NCBI GenBank assembly: GCA_012295275.1
Contig: CM022675.1
Coordinates: forward strand, 5,332,001 to 5,396,000
Direction of reading: 5' to 3'
Length of the DNA stretch: 64,000 nucleotides
Source: Chrysomallon squamiferum
Lineage: Eukaryota > Animalia > Mollusca
In this document: positions 63,293-64,000 of the stretch, piece after piece
How positions within the stretch are numbered: the first letter of the stretch is position 1
Layout of the letters: the number at the start of each line of letters is the position of its first letter
Made by a program: the position numbers and the translations under genes
The notes under the pieces: model-generated
Database searches by the model: none
What the model was told of the DNA's origin: nothing
Seen by the model: the letters and a program-made list of their open reading frames with translations, nothing else

Positions 63293-63682
63293 CACACATA
63301 CATAAACCCAGACATACACACTCTCATTCTTTCTCTCTCTATCTACACTGACACCTGCCTATCTACCTATCTGTATGTCTGTCTGTCTATCTATCTATTG
63401 ATCTATCCATCTCTCTATCTATCTGTCTATCTATCTCTATCTATCTGTTTATCTATTTATATATCTTTGCACACAAAACAAACTGTAGATATATTATACT
63501 TACATTTGTTGTTTTTTCCTGTGTTTATTTCAGATAACTTTCAAGCTAGTTATAGGACTGGTTGTTGGGATTCCACTGTTTTTCATCACAGTGGCAATCA
63601 TAGCTGTACTCGTCTACATCAGAGTCAAATCCAAGAGAAGACTGAAGGGAATCGGTGGTTCCTCTTCTGTTGTAGACACTAG
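47484..63682 (+). CDS. Partial large type I membrane protein gene: multiple EGF/cbEGF and laminin-type EGF repeats, 2x (SEA + 4-Cys module), TM helix (mucin/MEGF/fibrillin-like)
   Basis: Phase-1 EGF exons with D[IV][DN]EC...C.N..GS[FY].C.C motifs, then SEA exons with R-G-S-T-I motifs, then a hydrophobic exon followed by RVKSKRR. 5' end not in the window; 3' end continues past the window. Confidence 0.88.
47939..48055 (+). CDS. cbEGF exon
   Basis: [38 protein letters not shown]. Confidence 0.9.
48577..48834 (+). CDS. Laminin-type EGF + cbEGF exon
   Basis: [16 protein letters not shown]...[12 protein letters not shown]...GSYKCDC. Confidence 0.9.
49489..49599 (+). CDS. cbEGF exon
   Basis: [37 protein letters not shown]. 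Confidence 0.9.
49783..49908 (+). CDS. cbEGF exon
   Basis: [42 protein letters not shown]. Confidence 0.9.
50237..50368 (+). CDS. EGF exon
   Basis: [43 protein letters not shown]. Confidence 0.88.
50862..50894 (+). other. Truncated cbEGF exon start running into a minisatellite
   Basis: ttttag|[11 protein letters not shown] then a 40-bp repeat; possible cryptic donor at 50895. Confidence 0.55.
50900..51800. repeat. 40-bp intronic minisatellite (ttaactacacttgtaaagttaaaatattaacatttaacac)
   Basis: About 22 tandem copies. Confidence 0.93.
51990..52244 (+). CDS. Laminin-type EGF + cbEGF exon
   Basis: [16 protein letters not shown]...[11 protein letters not shown]...GSYICNC. Confidence 0.9.
53111..53233 (+). 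CDS. cbEGF exon
   Basis: [40 protein letters not shown]. Confidence 0.9.
53730..53855 (+). CDS. cbEGF exon
   Basis: [42 protein letters not shown]. Confidence 0.9.
54345..54476 (+). CDS. EGF exon
   Basis: [43 protein letters not shown]. Confidence 0.88.
55289..55417 (+). CDS. cbEGF exon
   Basis: [43 protein letters not shown]. Confidence 0.9.
55780..56037 (+). CDS. Laminin-type EGF + cbEGF exon
   Basis: [17 protein letters not shown]...[12 protein letters not shown]...GSYVCEC. Confidence 0.9.
56915..57181 (+). CDS. Laminin-type EGF + cbEGF exon
   Basis: [17 protein letters not shown]...[12 protein letters not shown]...GSYSCDC. Confidence 0.9.
57731..57862 (+). CDS. cbEGF exon
   Basis: [44 protein letters not shown]. 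Confidence 0.9.
58052..58104 (+). pseudogene. Dead partial duplicate of the 58428 EGF exon
   Basis: ttcag|[17 protein letters not shown] (GAA>TAA), truncated. Confidence 0.75.
58428..58553 (+). CDS. cbEGF exon
   Basis: [42 protein letters not shown]. Confidence 0.9.
58740..59110. repeat. Degenerate minisatellite of about 35 bp (ttaactgtaaccaagtcctctgatacagtcctaat)
   Basis: About 10 diverged tandem copies. Confidence 0.75.
59584..61212 (+). CDS. SEA module 1: exons 59584-59687, 60275-60503, 61099-61212
   Basis: ...[14 protein letters not shown] / [31 protein letters not shown]... / 4-Cys [26 protein letters not shown]; phases 1-0-1-1. Confidence 0.8.
61400..62849 (+). CDS. SEA module 2: exons 61400-61503, 61898-62120, 62736-62849
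   Basis: Paralogous to module 1 ([15 protein letters not shown]; [17 protein letters not shown]); introns also similar. Confidence 0.8.
63534..63682 (+). CDS. Transmembrane exon (apparent +1 frameshift near 63539)
   Basis: [40 protein letters not shown]: TM helix + basic stop-transfer; donor gtgag at 63683. Confidence 0.75.
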
Positions 63683-64000
63683 GTGAGTACATGATGAATG
63701 AGAGAATGAATGAATGAACAAAAGGATGAACGAATGAATGAAGAAATTAAAGGATGAAAGAATAAACAAATGGAAGAGAGACAAAGAATGAATAAATGAA
63801 CGAATGGAAGTAAGAAAGCATGAATGAAAAAAAAATGGTACAATGAATGAATGAATAAATGAACAGATGGAATATAGACTGAAAGAATGAATGAATGAAA
63901 GGATGAAAGATTCAATGATAAATTAAAGGTTAATGAATGAACAAACAGAAGAAAAAGGAAGAATGAATAAATGAACAAATCGAAGTAAAAATGAATAAAT

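Noticed and set aside
47484-63682. Assigning FBN1/MEGF6/MUC4/Notch symbols
   Set aside because: No TB, LNR, ankyrin, NIDO or vWD domains are visible and the N-terminus is missing, so orthology cannot be established.

Overview
AT-rich, microsatellite-dense eukaryotic DNA with GT-AG spliced genes; a mollusc, possibly a cephalopod, is my inference from gene content and repeat style. Almost all ORFs in the supplied track are microsatellite artefacts. Left part (about 4.9-43.3 kb): a rearranged cluster of fibrinogen-related-domain (FReD) genes encoding signal/PAN(apple)-like domain + 4-Cys EGF-like linker + ficolin/tachylectin-type FBG domain. One copy looks intact (12626-16253, 6 exons, 355 aa). 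Two near-complete copies are damaged (4960-7243, 33756-40143). There are also orphan or inverted exon fragments, several lying antisense inside introns of the 33.7-40.1 kb copy. An 8-unit tandem array of about 1.6 kb with a nested 57-bp VNTR occupies about 17.2-30.3 kb. A 19-bp satellite (43.9-46.9 kb) runs into a 200-N scaffold gap. Right part (47.5-63.7 kb): the 3' portion of a large multi-exon gene with many Ca-binding and laminin-type EGF exons, two tandem SEA + 4-Cys modules and a transmembrane exon (mucin/MEGF-like receptor). It shows repeated duplication of splice-site junctions and a 1-nt phase conflict at the TM exon. All coordinates were read by eye; no searches were run.
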